DNA of 64,000 nt. Origin: Lama guanicoe (Eukaryota). Below are positions 1-13,300 of the stretch, piece after piece (the first letter of the stretch is position 1; each line of letters starts with the position of its first letter). The translations under genes and the position numbers were made by a program. Below the pieces are notes generated by a model. It was not told the origin of the DNA, did no database searches, and saw only the letters and a program-made list of their open reading frames with translations. The stretch is from assembly GCA_013239625.1 (NCBI GenBank), contig MU053379.1:2400866-2464865 (forward strand), written 5' to 3'.

Positions 1-520
1 TAAAGTGGGGATTCAATAAGGGACAGACAGTGCGCTCTCAAGGGGAGAGCGGGCAGGCTCAGGCGAGCATCTGCGCTGTTTCCTTGGCGAGCTGGTTACG
101 CAGGGTGTACAGATAGATGAGTGGGCAGAATATTCACTGGGGAGGGAGGAGCTTGGGGGCCTAGCCCCTGATTTCCATCCCGAGGGGAGGAGGGATTTTT
201 GTCCTCATTTATTCTGGAGGAGTAAGTGTCTTGGCGTCAGTGCATGATGGGTACTTCTAATCTGCAAGGCTAATTTTATTGTAATGAAGGCATAATGAGC
301 AAAAGGCTACATTCAGACACTGGAGATTCCTGCCTTTTCTTAACTTTCTTTGTCGACCTCCAAGACACTTGTCAACCGAAACTGTGATTTCTTATCAGCC
401 CGGAGGTTCCTGCTTTTCTGCCTGCCCGAGGATCCCCATTGTTCACAAGATGTGTGGTTTCCTGCCATCTGGCCTGTGCCCCCCTTTCTCTGCGCAGGTC
501 TAGTCTCTACCAGCTCTAAC
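1..520. mobile_element. Probable LTR fragment, cut by the window start
   Basis: LTR-like composition ending ...ctctaaCA, directly before L2-like sequence. Family not determined. Confidence 0.4.
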
Positions 521-1015
521 AAGGGCACTGCCATCTCTCTAATCACTCAAGGCAAAAACTTAGGAGTCGCCCTTGATTCTTGTCTTCCCTCTACCCCACA
601 TTCAATGCATTTATCCGTGTCTATCAATTTCTGTGTCAAATTGTTCCTGGGTTTCCTCCTCCTTTCTAATTCCACTGCTGCCACCTTGATCCAAGCCACC
701 ATCACCTCCTACCTGAACCATTGCAGTTGCCCCCTAACTAGTCTTGCTGCCCCTCCTTACAAAGCACCTCTAGCCAGCAGCCAAGAGGATCTCTTTAGGA
801 CATCTGTCTTGACCATCCCACCATAGCTAGGGTGGCCCCTTAGCTGCTCCCTACGGCATCACCCTATTTTCTTTTCTTTCTAGAACTTCTTGATCCTCTG
901 TGCTGTGGTCTGTTGCACCAGCACATCACCTCCATGAGAATCGTCAGCTTTATTCTACATTTGTAATGCCTGGCGTGCAGCGGATGGCCGTGAAGTTCAG
1001 AATGAATGAATGACT
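521..1015. mobile_element. L2 LINE remnant
   Basis: L2-like motifs (aaacttaggagtcgcccttgattc, ccaagccaccatcacctcc) ending in a gaatgaatgaatga tail. Confidence 0.6.
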
Positions 1016-1128
1016 AGGTGGAGGGGTCCACACTGGGAACAGCTTAGAGGCTCAGATGAAGTTTCTCCCAGAGTCTGGGTGGGATAAAAGCTGCCTGAGG
1101 CAAGAAGACACCTGTCTTTAGCGAGAAC

Positions 1129-1370
1129 AGTGATTGTCCAGCATTTTATTCCCAGGACCTCTTCACACAGAAATTACGGAGGACTCACCCAAGAGCCTGT
1201 GTTCACGTGGATTCCATCTGCGGGTATCTGCTGTACTAGAAAGTAAATGAAGGAGAATCTTAAAATATTTAAGACAATAATCGGATTACACACTGATATA
1301 AATAACATTTATATGAAAAATAACTACATTTAAAAAAATTAATGAGCGGTGACACCTTGAGAACAGCTGT
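1129..1370. mobile_element. hAT-Charlie DNA transposon remnant
   Basis: CAGTG... and ...gagaacagCTG termini with Charlie1-like internal sequence, recognised from memory. Confidence 0.45.
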
Positions 1371-2061
1371 TCCACACTCACGATGCCTGATTGGCACCAC
1401 TAAAAATTCTGTTGAGTGGGTGACTAGCAGAGCTCAAGAACTCAGACCAAACTGGAGAGTCAGATGGAGCCTCTTACAGGCGTGTGAATGGGGAGTGCCA
1501 GGCCACACAAGCCTTCTCTGAGAAGAGGACGCATTTCCCCACTAACTCCCTCTGTGGCTACCCTGCCCACCCACTCATCCCCTCCCAGCCCCATGCAGCC
1601 CTCTCTCTTTCCCCTGTCTTCTCATTAAAAAAAAGAGAAAAAGAAAAAAAGCAAAGAATAAGATGAGAAATAAATTTAAGGTCATGGAAAAATGCTTTGC
1701 AAACTGCATGTATCTTTGAAATACGCTGATTTCTGTAGGCAGAATAAGGATGGCGCACGCTTTCATCCGGGGTGTCCCTTCTGAGTCGTCACTTTGACAA
1801 GATGAGTGTTGAGGTCTGGTTTTGCTGGATTTGTTTATTCTACTTTGCGTTCATGTTAAGAAACCAAACTGAGTGTCATGCTCTTTCCCTTCGGGCGATA
1901 CCGAAACCTAAATTCTTCCTCTTTCTAAGAAGCTGCTCCCTTCCTCTCTCTCTTTTTTTCCCCTCTGGGTAAAGGAAGTGCAGAGCCAGGATTTAAAAAA
2001 AAAAAAAAGGTGGTCATCTCTGTGCTCCTATTAAAGTGGCCAAAACTCCCCAGCCTCTGGT

Positions 2062-2088
2062 CACGCCCCCTTCCACTTTCTGACGTCA
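2062..2088. promoter_or_regulatory. KLF/SP-like CACGCCCC plus palindromic CRE (TGACGTCA)
   Basis: TGACGTCA at 2081-2088 and CACGCCCC at 2062-2069; CpG-rich stretch at 2212-2310. Confidence 0.4.
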
Positions 2089-2110
2089 CACTATTTTTGT
2101 CTCTGAACAG

Positions 2111-2211
2111 CTCATTGACACGATTGCCTCGGAGATCGGAGAACTGAAACAGGAGATGGTGCAGACAGATGTCAGCCTGGAGAATGGCCTGGGACCCAGC
2201 GAAACCCACAG
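2111..2211 (+). CDS. RIN2: RIN2 coding exon ([34 protein letters not shown])
   Basis: Acceptor tttttgtctctgaacag|CTC, donor CACAG|gtgaca; 101 nt; matches the RIN2 N-terminal region. Confidence 0.93.
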
Positions 2212-5200
2212 GTGACAGGCGCTCCGGCGTCGGGCGCGCGGCGGGGGCGACGTGAACCCTGTTAGCGACGAGGACCGCAGGTTGGGGAGCTGGGGGCGTG
2301 GTGGCCGCCCAGAAGCAGCTCTGGAGGAGGTGGGAGTGGCCTAGGAACCAGTTGTCTGCTGGTTCTCCTTGATCCCTCAGAAGGCACTTGAACTTTGCGC
2401 CCTCTCAATTCCTCCTGGCACCAGAACCCGGAAACCTAAAGTTCTGTCTGCCACATCCTCCTGCTCATGGTGATGGAAACAGTAACGCAGCGAGATTCTC
2501 CGTGTGCAAAACAGAATTCAGTGTAGCCTGTGTCAGTCTCCAGAAGGTGTAAAGGGAGCGCTTAAGAGGATGGACTCATTTTGCATTCTCAGGTCAGAAA
2601 AAAACCCCAGCAAACACGAGGGCTCTGAGCCGGCAATGTGAGCCGGCGTCTTGGAGACGGGATGTGCTTATAAACGATTAAGAGAGGGGAGGCGGCATCC
2701 GTACGGTTAGACCTGTCACGTGCACCTGCTGCGCCTGGTCTATGTAGGCGGTAAGGGACTGGCTTTTTCTGGAGAGTGGGGGTGCAGAGGCCAGGACGGG
2801 GGGCAGCCTGGAGGAGACTGCCAAAACTGCTTCCAGCTCTTGGAGGCTCTGGTTCATTGCTGGCAAGGACAGCAGAGCAGAAGCACTACCCAGGGGCATG
2901 GGCTCTCAGTGCCTCGGAGGCCAGAGTCATGACGAGCTTCCCCCTTTTCTCGGGAAATGGGGTTAGGGTTGCCTGCTGCAGCGCGAGGCTGAGATTGACG
3001 GAGTGGGTTTTGCTTGCAAGTCACGGGGCGGGCAGGAGGAGTCCTGCAGAGGCAGGTGCTTCTGGGCGTCTGGGCACGTTTCAAACCAGCCTGACTTGTT
3101 CCCTGCCCTGGACTGAGGGGAGAGCCGGCAGCCCCAGGGAGGGACCCTGCGGCTGGAAGATGGTGCTCCCGTGCCCTGCGTCTCTGGAGGAACCGTACTC
3201 CCCCTTAGCCGTGGAAGTTCTCCGTGCCTTCTGTTTTCTTTTCTTCTCTGCACAATGACGGGGGCAGACCAGATGGGCCCCCGCTCCGGGCATTCTCTGA
3301 TTCTCCTTGACTTCAGTGTGAATGGCTTTGATATTTCTTCCCCCATAAACGAGCCCAGTGCATGTTGGTTTCTGATTAGAGATTTTCGGCCCCATATTCG
3401 AAGTAGCTCCAAATGTGCTGTAACTTTACCCAGGGGGTTCACCTCACCCTTAACATCTCTCTGAAGCTTTTCAAATTTAAGAATGACTGCAAGCATTCCA
3501 AGATAACTTTTTTTTTCAAATTGATGTCCCTTATTCTTGAACGTTGTGTTGGTTGGCACTGAATTCATGAATTTCACAAGGCGTTTTACTTGTTTGTTTT
3601 TTTAATGGGGAAGAGAGAAGGCAAGATTATCTTTGTTGGCTGTATGTTCACCACATGCGGCCACTGTGCTAAGTGCAGTACAGCTGCCAACTCGCCGAAG
3701 CCCCGGCGTGACCCTTGTCCTGCTGACGTGGGACCCGAGTGACTCGGGGAAGGGCCGGCTGAGGACCCTGTGGCTTGTGTGCTCGGGTCGCTCGTTGATT
3801 TTTCAGGAGCATGGAGCAGTGCCTGTGTTTTCAGTCCTCCGCTGGGCCCAGCGGAGAGGTCAGGATGGCCAGATAATGGAGAGGCAGGGTGAGGGGGACG
3901 TTAAGTTGTTTCCAGAGTGAAGGCAGCGCAGAGCAGAGCTGTGGTTCCCGGGGCGGCAGGTCAGCCTGGCCCAGAGCAGCCCGAAAGGCAGGCGAGAGGA
4001 AGAGCAGGCGTGGGCGCAGCAGAGAGGCAGCAGGCGCCCCCCTCCCTGCACCCACCCCCGCCCTGGCGTCAAAGTTGCCTTCCTTTGTGGCATCACCCTC
4101 GGCGAGTGTGGGCTGTGAGCTGACCTCACCTGCCCCAGCCGCAGCCACCAGGAAGCGCCTGGGGTCTGCAGTTTGTTGAATGCGACGAGGCTGAGTGCCA
4201 AGCTGGCATGCTCGGCTAGGATGCAATCCTGCGGTGGCTTTCAGTTGCCCCTTTGGGGCTAGTAATGAGGTGAGGTTGAGCTCTTCAGCCTCTTCTTGTG
4301 TCACGGACCCCTTCTTAGGCTAATATTTTCAAGGCAGAAAATAAACTATGTAGGGTGACAGGGAAAATAATTACATCAAGATAACAGTGACCAGGGTGTT
4401 TTAACGTGTGATTTCATAGCATACGGACTTCTTTTCTGACACATTAAAAAGCAAGGTCAGGCTGTGGGTCTAGGCACGTCCGTCACCTGGAAGCAGAGAT
4501 GAGCAAACGAGACTTCTGCACCAACAGTGAAAGTATGTGGGGCTGCTGGTGGAGGGGTCTCCGAGACCGAGAACTCCTGAGACTTGTTGCCTGCGTTGAA
4601 AACGGGAGGAAGTTAATTTCAAAACCTGGTTAATGAAAGTTAAAAAGATGTCCCTTTTTGCCATCCAGTGGTCCACTCCCACCTCCTGTCCCTTCCAGGG
4701 ACCCTTGTGACCTTCAGGGACACGGTGTCTCTTGTTTGCTTTCACCTCACCTGCTGCTGCTCCTAGTGTCCCGGCGGGTTCCTGCTCGTCTCCCTGACCT
4801 CCTAGCCCGGAGTACCCAGAGCACTCCGCACTCTCCCCTCTTCTCTCGCAAGTAAGTGCCTCAGTGTCCACATCCATAAAATGGGGCTAGCAGCGGAGCT
4901 GTACCTCTGAGTTGTCAGGACGGTTGGGTCAGTAGCTGTGAGTGACTTGGTGCAGGCTTGCACGGGGTAGGCACGAGGTACCGTTCACGGAGAGATCTCT
5001 GGAGTAATTTTGGGTGTGAGCCCATCCAGGCTGGTGGCTTTGATACCATCTGTGTGCCGGTGATTCCCAACTTGCATCCACCCCGAGGCTGGTCCTCTCC
5101 TGGAATCCAGATGTTTGCATCCAGCTGCCCGCTCAGCCTGACCTTTGGTATCTCAGCCTTACAGAGACCCAGGCTGAGCTCTTGGCTCCCCTTCACAACG

Positions 5201-8200
5201 CTGCCCCTTCCCTGGTCTTCCCCGTCCAGGTGCCTCGTGTCAGCCCTGATCCCTCTTCTCTCATCACCGCCTTCCCCTCCATCTCCAAATCCAGGCAGCT
5301 CAGCCTTCGTGATGGATCGGGATCAGACCCCTCCTCACCAGCCCTGCAGGGGACCCCTGCCTGGTGCCCCGATCTCACCCCCACCGGCCACCTTCTCCGG
5401 GCTGTTATCTAAGCAGCATAGAGGGTGGTGTGACTTTAGTTCATCTGAATCCAAGTCAGGTCACTCCTGTTCACAGCCCATCCGTGGTTTTCCATTGAAA
5501 ACCAAAGTCCTCACCATGGCCTTCAGCTCTACAGGATGTGACTCCATGCGCCACCCCACCCCACCCCCGCTTCTGACGGCATCTCCCCTCCACCTCTCTG
5601 CCCCAGCCCCCCGACCCGCTTCTGCCTGCATCTCCCCTCCACCTCTCTGCCCCAGCCCCCCGGCTCCTTGCCAAACAGGCTCCTACCTCCTGAACTGTGT
5701 ACGTCCAGTTCCCTCTGCCTGGAATGTCCTTCCTCTGGGGAGCTCCGGACCCTCCTGTCTTCTGTCACCTTAGCTGCTTTATTGTCATTTGTAGAACTTG
5801 TGCATCTCCGACGGGGAGTCCCTTGCTTCGTTACGCGTCTCCTCCTCCCAGCACTGCGGAGAAGCAGGAGGAGGGCAGGGGTCTGGCCCGTGCGCAGGGC
5901 TGTCTCGCCAGTGCCTGCAGTAGTGTCTGGCATGTAGCGGACACTCGGGAAATGTCTGCTGAATGGACGGATGAAAGAAGCCAGCCCCTTGGAGATTCTG
6001 AAAGTACCCAGGCCTCAGAAGCCTCTTGCAGAAACAAGATGTCACCAATGTAAAGCAATTAGGGGACCCCAGCCCGTGTGTAAAAAAATAGAAAGTTGAA
6101 AATGTGTGATAGGCGTTAAGCTCCCTCCCTAGCAAAGCAGAGGGACCAGGGCCCCTTCCTCTGTCCCCGCCTTGGAGCCCATCAGTTCTGGGTCTCGGGC
6201 TCTTGTAAACGTTTGCCCCACGTCCTCTGCTAGTGCTTCACCAAAGAAGCTGGGGAGTCAGGGGAAAGATGTCGGGTTTCTTGTGGCTGCTCTCTCCAGA
6301 TGTGGCCGCTTCCTGTCTCGCCCCAGCTCTCCCCACCGAGGACTGGAGCACAGAAAATCAGGGGCCCTGCTCTCCCCCCCACCCCCGGCAGTGTCACAGT
6401 CCATTTCCCGCTAGGGGAGGTGTCCCTGAGCAGGCACACCACCACCGGCGCTCCACTCTCTTCACCCCCTGGACCCCTCAGCACCTCTAGGCTGAGGCAT
6501 GTCTCTAAAGGTTCCTTCGTCCTCCGGTAGAGCCGTGGGGTCAGTCAGAACTTGGTGAAATGAGGCTCGGGCTGGGCGGCAGGTGCCGGGACCCTGGCTG
6601 GGCCGGGTCGCCCAAGGCCGCTGCCGCGCCCTCCACTCTTTCCCTCCTTAGCCTCCTCCTCTCCTGCCGAGGCCTCTCTGGGACCCCGCAGCCCACGGGG
6701 ACGGCCGGGGGTGTCCGGGGTCCTGAAACCCCGCCCCCACTCCACAGGTTCAGACACACAGAATTCAGACATCCCTTAGCCAGCCCTGCCCAGTGCCACA
6801 GGGTGGCTGCCAGTCCCCACGCTTGGCCTCTTCTGGAAGTTTCCCCAGGGATGCTGCAGGCTTCCCCCAGCTATGCCACAGCACTGGGGTCAAAACCACA
6901 GGCAGCTCCGCTGCCCCTCCCCGGGACAGCCCTCCACCTCTTCACTTGGCTGGCGGCTGGAGCACAGGGTCGAAGGAGGAGCGCGGTGGCACACAGTCCG
7001 GGGAGGAGTCGCACGGCCGGGGTCACGTTCAGCCATCCAGCGGGATTCTGAATAAAACCCCTTCGCACTTTGTGCTGCATTTCAGGGGGGAAAAAAAAAC
7101 CAGTGCGGTGAAGCATGACGGAAAAAAAGCACACACATGGGTTTGCAGTTAGATGAACTGTCGCGAAGTAAGCACACCCACGGCAGCACCAGGCCGAGAC
7201 TCGGCGCGTCTCGCGCCGCCGGGGGCTCCCCGCTGACCCTGCTCCCCGGGGGTGCCCACTCTCCTGACCTCTGTGGCCATAGGGTAGTTCCTCCTGTCTG
7301 TGAACTTCCTCTGACGGGAATCAGGCAGCATGCACTCCCTCTTGTGACTGCAGCACACACTCGGGTGTCCCTTCGACTGTCGAGGGGCGTTTGAGCTGTT
7401 CCCAGTTTGGGGCTATTCTGAACAATGGTGCTGTGAACATTCCTGTGCATGTCGTCCAGGGAGCACGTGGTGACATGCTTCAGTTAGGAATGTGGAGCGA
7501 ATTGTTGTGTTGGAGCGTGGTGATATAGTCAACGTTAGTAAATGGTGCCCGCAAGTTTTCCAAAGCTGTTCTATCAACCCTCATTCCCACCAACGGTGTG
7601 TGAGAGTTCTGAACGCTCTGTCCTCAGCTGCACTTGCTACTGGCTATTCTTGCAATGTAGCCATTTGGATGGATGTGTGGGTGTAGAGCTTCTGGATCCC
7701 TGGCGGATGAAGGCAGGTGAGATTACCTGGATATCGCAGCTTATCTCAGGGCTGTGGGAGTCGGGAATCGGGGACTCTCCACTTTTAACAGAGCGTTGTT
7801 TTACAATTTCCACATGTTTGGGTTCAAGGCTGAAGTTCTGGGGCATCCTGAGCTGACAGCCAACTCATTTGTTGGTATTTATTAAAACTGTAAAATTAAG
7901 GAAAGGACTATTGGGAGGAAGGGAGGGGATGAAAGAGTTAATAACCCAGAAATAACGAGAAAAATGTAAATACCTGTGTACCTTTTATTATGTCTGTTTC
8001 TGCTTATGCATCTTAGATCTTAAACTTGCAGCAGAAAAAAAAACTGCCAAGGAAATTCTCTCCATTTCTTAGATTCTTTTCCTTTGCTGCGCTCAGTACT
8101 TCCGTGCAGAAACGCTCAGCATCTCCCGCGCTGATCTGGCCAAGGCCGCCCGCTGCATCATGGCTGAGAAATACATGTGGCCCGGTCTTCCACAGCTCCT

Positions 8201-10275
8201 CCGGGGGTTTAAAGTCTGCTTCTTAACTCAGAGCACATCTGCCCCCAGTGTACCTTCCCTTGTTTAATGGATCGTCCACGTCAGTGACTTCAGACTCAGA
8301 ATTTAATGTCACTTCATATCGTTCCTTTCCATCTTTTCCTCTTGAGATGTGAAAAGTGACCATCCTTCCTTGACTTGGACCCACTTTTGCTGTCCTGGGG
8401 ATTCTGGAGAGTGTGCTCCCGAGGCCGCTTGGAAGCAAGTTCAAGTCGTCAGATGCAGAAGCCGCTTTGCCTTTGGCCTTCCTGCATAGCTTCCCTGTTG
8501 TGTGCAGCGTTAGCCAGTGGAACAAGTATTTCCCTCTTTTGCTGCTGTCTGGAAACCGGCCTGCGCCTCAGGCCTGCGGCTCAGGGCCAGGCGCCCACCC
8601 CGAGGCCCCCAGCACCCGAGAGCAGGCCAGCCCCAGGACCAGGTGCTCCTGTCAGAGAGGCTGGGCTGCCTCCTTCCCTGGGAGCTCCAGTCTGCGCGGC
8701 AGAAAAGCTCGCCACCGTCACTCACCCCAGGGTGTTAGGTGTGTCCTGCAGTATCTTAGGCCCCATCTAGAAAATGTTTGGTGTTATCAAAGTTTATGGC
8801 TTCTTCGGACACATTATGTATTTCTAAGAATTGTAAAGGCACATTTCCACTAATTCTAATCTGTGGGGCTTGTTTTTTCATGGTCTTTCTCAGAGAACAC
8901 CTGATGGCAACCAGGAGGGCGGAGCTCTTTGGCTTGGGTTGAGATGGGTGTTCTCAGACAGCTGAAAATCCATTCATCTGAAACCCCCGAGGGACACCCG
9001 AGACACAGCTGCTCCCTCCTTCCGTGGGAGCAGGTGGGTGGGGTGCTGGGGGGAGGCACAGCTTTGTTCATAATTAGCGGTGATATTTTTGCAATAAGAT
9101 ATTTTCCTCCTGTGCCCACTGGAACCTTCTGCTAGGATGGGCTTGGTCCGTTTCCCCCCAGTCCCTTACGGCGTTTCCCTGACCTCAGGCCACTCTGCTT
9201 GTTTCGAATACGGTGCCGGGGAATTCTGTGAGAGCCGACCGACTCTCGGTAGCAACAATTAAGTGCCGCTTACAGAAATGTTTGTTGGGTGGGCGCTGTG
9301 TGCTGAAATACCTGGACGGGGCGCCTCCAGGGCGACACAGCCTGAGGGGAGAAAGAATCGTAAACAGGTGCCACACAGCGGAACGAGGACAGAATCAAGG
9401 GCTGTGCCAGGTGTCCTGGGGACCTCAGGGAGGAAGCAAGTGGTTCCAGGGAGAGATGAGATGCAACCTTAACGAGCTAAGCCGGTGAACTACTGTCTCC
9501 AGACCGGAAGCGCCCCAAGCAGCTGCCGTGCCTGCCTTGGCTGCTGATGTGTTACTCTGGGGGACGTTTTTTTAAAAAAAAAAATGTAAGATTTCTTTTT
9601 TGATGACCGAAGTAGAACATCTGCATTGTGGGACAAGCACAATGCAAAAAACAAAAAGAAGCATTCGGGTGCCCCCCCTCCCCAGGGAAAGAGCCGCTTC
9701 TGACTGCCCGTGGCTCTTTTATGTCTCCGTCTTGTGTGCGTCCTGCCCGCTTTCTGGGCTGCTGGGCAGTGAGCCATTCATGATTTTCACTGACTTACAA
9801 AGAGTGTTCTTTTTTCATTTTTTAAAAAAACTGAAGTATAGTTGCTTTACTATGTTTCAGGTGCACTGCAAAGTGATTCAGTTATACATGCATATATAAA
9901 ACTATTCCTTTCAGATTCTTTTCCACTATAGATTATTACAAGATGCTGACTATAAATCCCTGTGCTGTGCAGTGGGACCGTGTTGTTTATCTGTTTTTTT
10001 TTATATAGTAGTTTGTATCTGCTAATTTCAAACTCCTAATTTATCCCTCCCCTCACTTTCTCCTTAGGTAACCATAAGTTTGTTTTCTATGTTTATGAGA
10101 CTGTCTGTGTTTTGTAAATAAGTTCATTTCTGTCTTTTTTTTTTGAGACTCCATATATAAGTGATATCGTATATTTGTCTTTCTGTCTCACTTCACTTAG
10201 TATGATAATTTCTAGGTCCATCCATGTTGTTGCCAATGGCGTTATTTTATTCCTTTTTATGGCTGAGTAGTAGTC

Positions 10276-10308
<33 letters not shown>

Positions 10309-13300
10309 CATGACTTCTCTATCCATTCACCTGTCGATGGGCATTTGGGTTGCTTCCATGTCTTGGCTATTGTAAATAGTGCTGCTGTGAACATTGGGGT
10401 GCGTTTATCTTTCTGAATTAGAGTTTTCTCCAGATATACGCCCAGGAGTGGGGTTGCTGGATCATAGGGTAACTCAACTTTCAGTTTTTTAAGGAACCTC
10501 CGTACTGTCCTCCATAGTGGCTACACCAATTTACATTCCCACCAACAGTGCAGGAGGGCTCCCTTTTCTCCACACCCTCTCCAGCATTTATTATTTGTAG
10601 ACTTTTTAATGATGGCCACTCTGACCGGTGTGAGGTGATAGCTCATAGTGGTTTTGATTTGCATTTCTCTAATGATTAGTGACGTTGAGCATCTTTTCAT
10701 GTGCCTGTTGGCCACTTCTGTGTCTTCTTTGGAGAGACGTCTGTTTAGAGCTTCTGCCACAAGGGCATTTGTGGGCATCCTGGAGATGCACAGCATGTCC
10801 TAGAAGTTGATTCCATCTTTGCTGGGGACTGGCTCCACCGTCCGCAGCGCGCTTGGGCTGTCAGTTGTGACGGCGGCATCCTCTGGCTCTCGCTCTGTCT
10901 CATCCCTTACGGACCTGGGCTCGCTGCTGGGTTGGTAGCTGATCTGCCACAACACACCTGCTTGACGAGGATGCAGCTGTGGTGCAGTCCAGCTCCGAGA
11001 CAACAGTGGTGACCAAAAGCCCCGAGAGGCCGCCTCTCTGGGCAGCCCCCGCCCCCCCCGCACTTGCCGCTGCCCGGGCCCCGAGGTCAGCGGGTGAGGC
11101 CCGGCCCGCCCGGCTCCTTCTGTTTTCGGCTCCAAGGGTGCCCAGGACAACAGGTTCTTTGTTCCTTTCTGAGTTTTACAGGAACGAGTGGCGGCCCCGG
11201 CCAGCACTGGCTCCGTATCTGCCCTTTTCATCTCGCTGGAGAGTCAACAGCAGGAAGTTTAGAAGCAAAGAAAAAAAAGGGGGTCACCAGGTCCTCCCCT
11301 CGTGAAAGCAGCGATGCCCCCCCGAAGGGGAGGCGCCCCCGTCTCCGTGCCGTTCTCTCCAGCTCGTCCTCCGTAGACAGGGTTCACAAAAATCCTCCTG
11401 TGACTCGCTTTTAGGACCCTCTGGGGGAGGTCGAGGCCTCCTCGTTCGGAAAGCAGCAGCCCTTAGGCATGCGGGAGTAAAGCCACGACCCAGATCACCT
11501 TGTCTTCGTCCTCTCAGAGTTTAAGGGGACCAACAGGCCTTGAGGAATTGAAATAACAGCTTGCATGGTGCAGGGAACCTGCACGAGGCAGAGCGGGGTC
11601 CCGCTCCAACACTGTCTAGTGTTTGGACCTCAGAGAAGGAGATCTGCTAGATGGCCTCCAGTTTCCCTTGCAGCGCAGGGAGCATGCAATGGTCCCCGCA
11701 GGAATATCCCATCATCCCCCAGGCCTCTGCCCATCACTTTCCCCATCTCAGGTCAGAGCTTCCTCTGCTCACCTGGAGGTTCTTTTGGTATAAATCAAAA
11801 AGGGTGCCATGTGTCACCAGGATGAATCAGGGCCTCCCTTCTGCTCCCTTCTGTCTGTTTAGATCTTCTGTCACAAGGACGTTTGTGGTCATCCTGGAAA
11901 TGCACAGCATGTCCTAGGAATTGATTCCGCCTTTGCTGGGGGACTGGCTCCACTGTCCGCAGTGCGCTTGGGCTCTCGGTTTTAATGGTGGCATCCTCTG
12001 GGGTTCGCTCTGTCTCATCCCTTACAGACCTGGTGCGCTGCTGGGTTGGTGGCTGAAATACTGTGGGGCAGGGGTTTTATTCAGCTTCATAAATTCTTTT
12101 TTTTTTTATTTGAAGTTTAGTCAGTTTACAGGGTTGTGTTAGTTTCCAGTGTATGGCGTAGGGATTCAGTTATACATATATGTAATCCTTTTCCCATTTT
12201 TTTGTATGATGGGTTATATGATATTGAATATACTTCCCTGTGCTATACAGTAGGACCTTGTTGTTTATCTATTTTTTTAATTTTAATTTTAATTTTATTT
12301 TTACAGAGGTGTAGTTGATTTACAATGCTAGTTTCAGGTGTACAGCAAAGCGATTCAATTACATATATACATACATATATATGCATGTATTTTCAGATTC
12401 TTTTCCATTATAGCTTATTGCAAGCTATTGAATATGGTTCCCTGTGTTATACAGTAGGTTCTTGTTGCTTGTCTATTTTATATATAGTAGAGTGTATCTG
12501 TTAATCCCAAACTCCTAATTTATCCTTCCCCACTGTCTTTCCCTCCTAGTAACCATAAGTTTGCTTTCTATGTCTGTGAGTCTGTTTCTGTTTTGCAAAT
12601 AAGTTCATTTGTATCATTTTCTTAGATTCTGCCTATAAGTGATATCATATGATATTTGTCTTTCTCTGGCTGACTTACTTCACCTAGTGTGACAATCTCT
12701 AGGCCCATCCATGTTGCTGCAAAAGGCATTATTTTATTCTTTTTATGGCTGAGTAATAGTCCATTTTGTATATATACCTCAACTTCTTTATCCAGTTGTC
12801 TGTCGATGGACATTTAGGTTGCTTCCACGTCTTGCCTATTGTAAATATCAGCTTCACAAATTCTAAAGAAGTGTTTTCATGATTGAAAGTGTTAGGAAAC
12901 CATTGGACATCAACTACTAGGTATTTCTGAAGTTAAAGGTTTTCTGGGACGTTTGCTCGTGTATGTGTATGTGTATGTGTGTGTGTTTAGCAAAGTTTGA
13001 AATTGATCCTTTTGACAGAAACTTTTGTTAGGCGGGTCTCTGTGGCATAAGCGGTTGCTCCTCTGTCTCTAAGAGGCCTTTCTACTAATGTTCTTTCAGA
13101 ACCTGTTGATCCCTCGACTCATCTCCCACCAAGCCTGGCATCTTGGCCGCTGCATGGAGTTTGGGGTGTGTGTTTGATTTCCTTTTGATACACAGGCGAG
13201 GATCTACTCCCCCAAGAGCAAGGCCAGGGTGGACACAGGGCTCTGACTTGTGTCTGGTCCTTAATTCTGAAGACCACCCTGCACTGGCCTCTTGTAGCAG

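Noticed and set aside
4958..5773. 271-aa Pro/Ser-rich ORF
   Set aside because: Lies in a decayed L2 with a C-rich tandem duplication; no domain or splice support.
10521..10796. ORF resembling the C-terminus of L1 ORF2
   Set aside because: Fragment of a 5'-truncated, inactive L1, not an independent gene.
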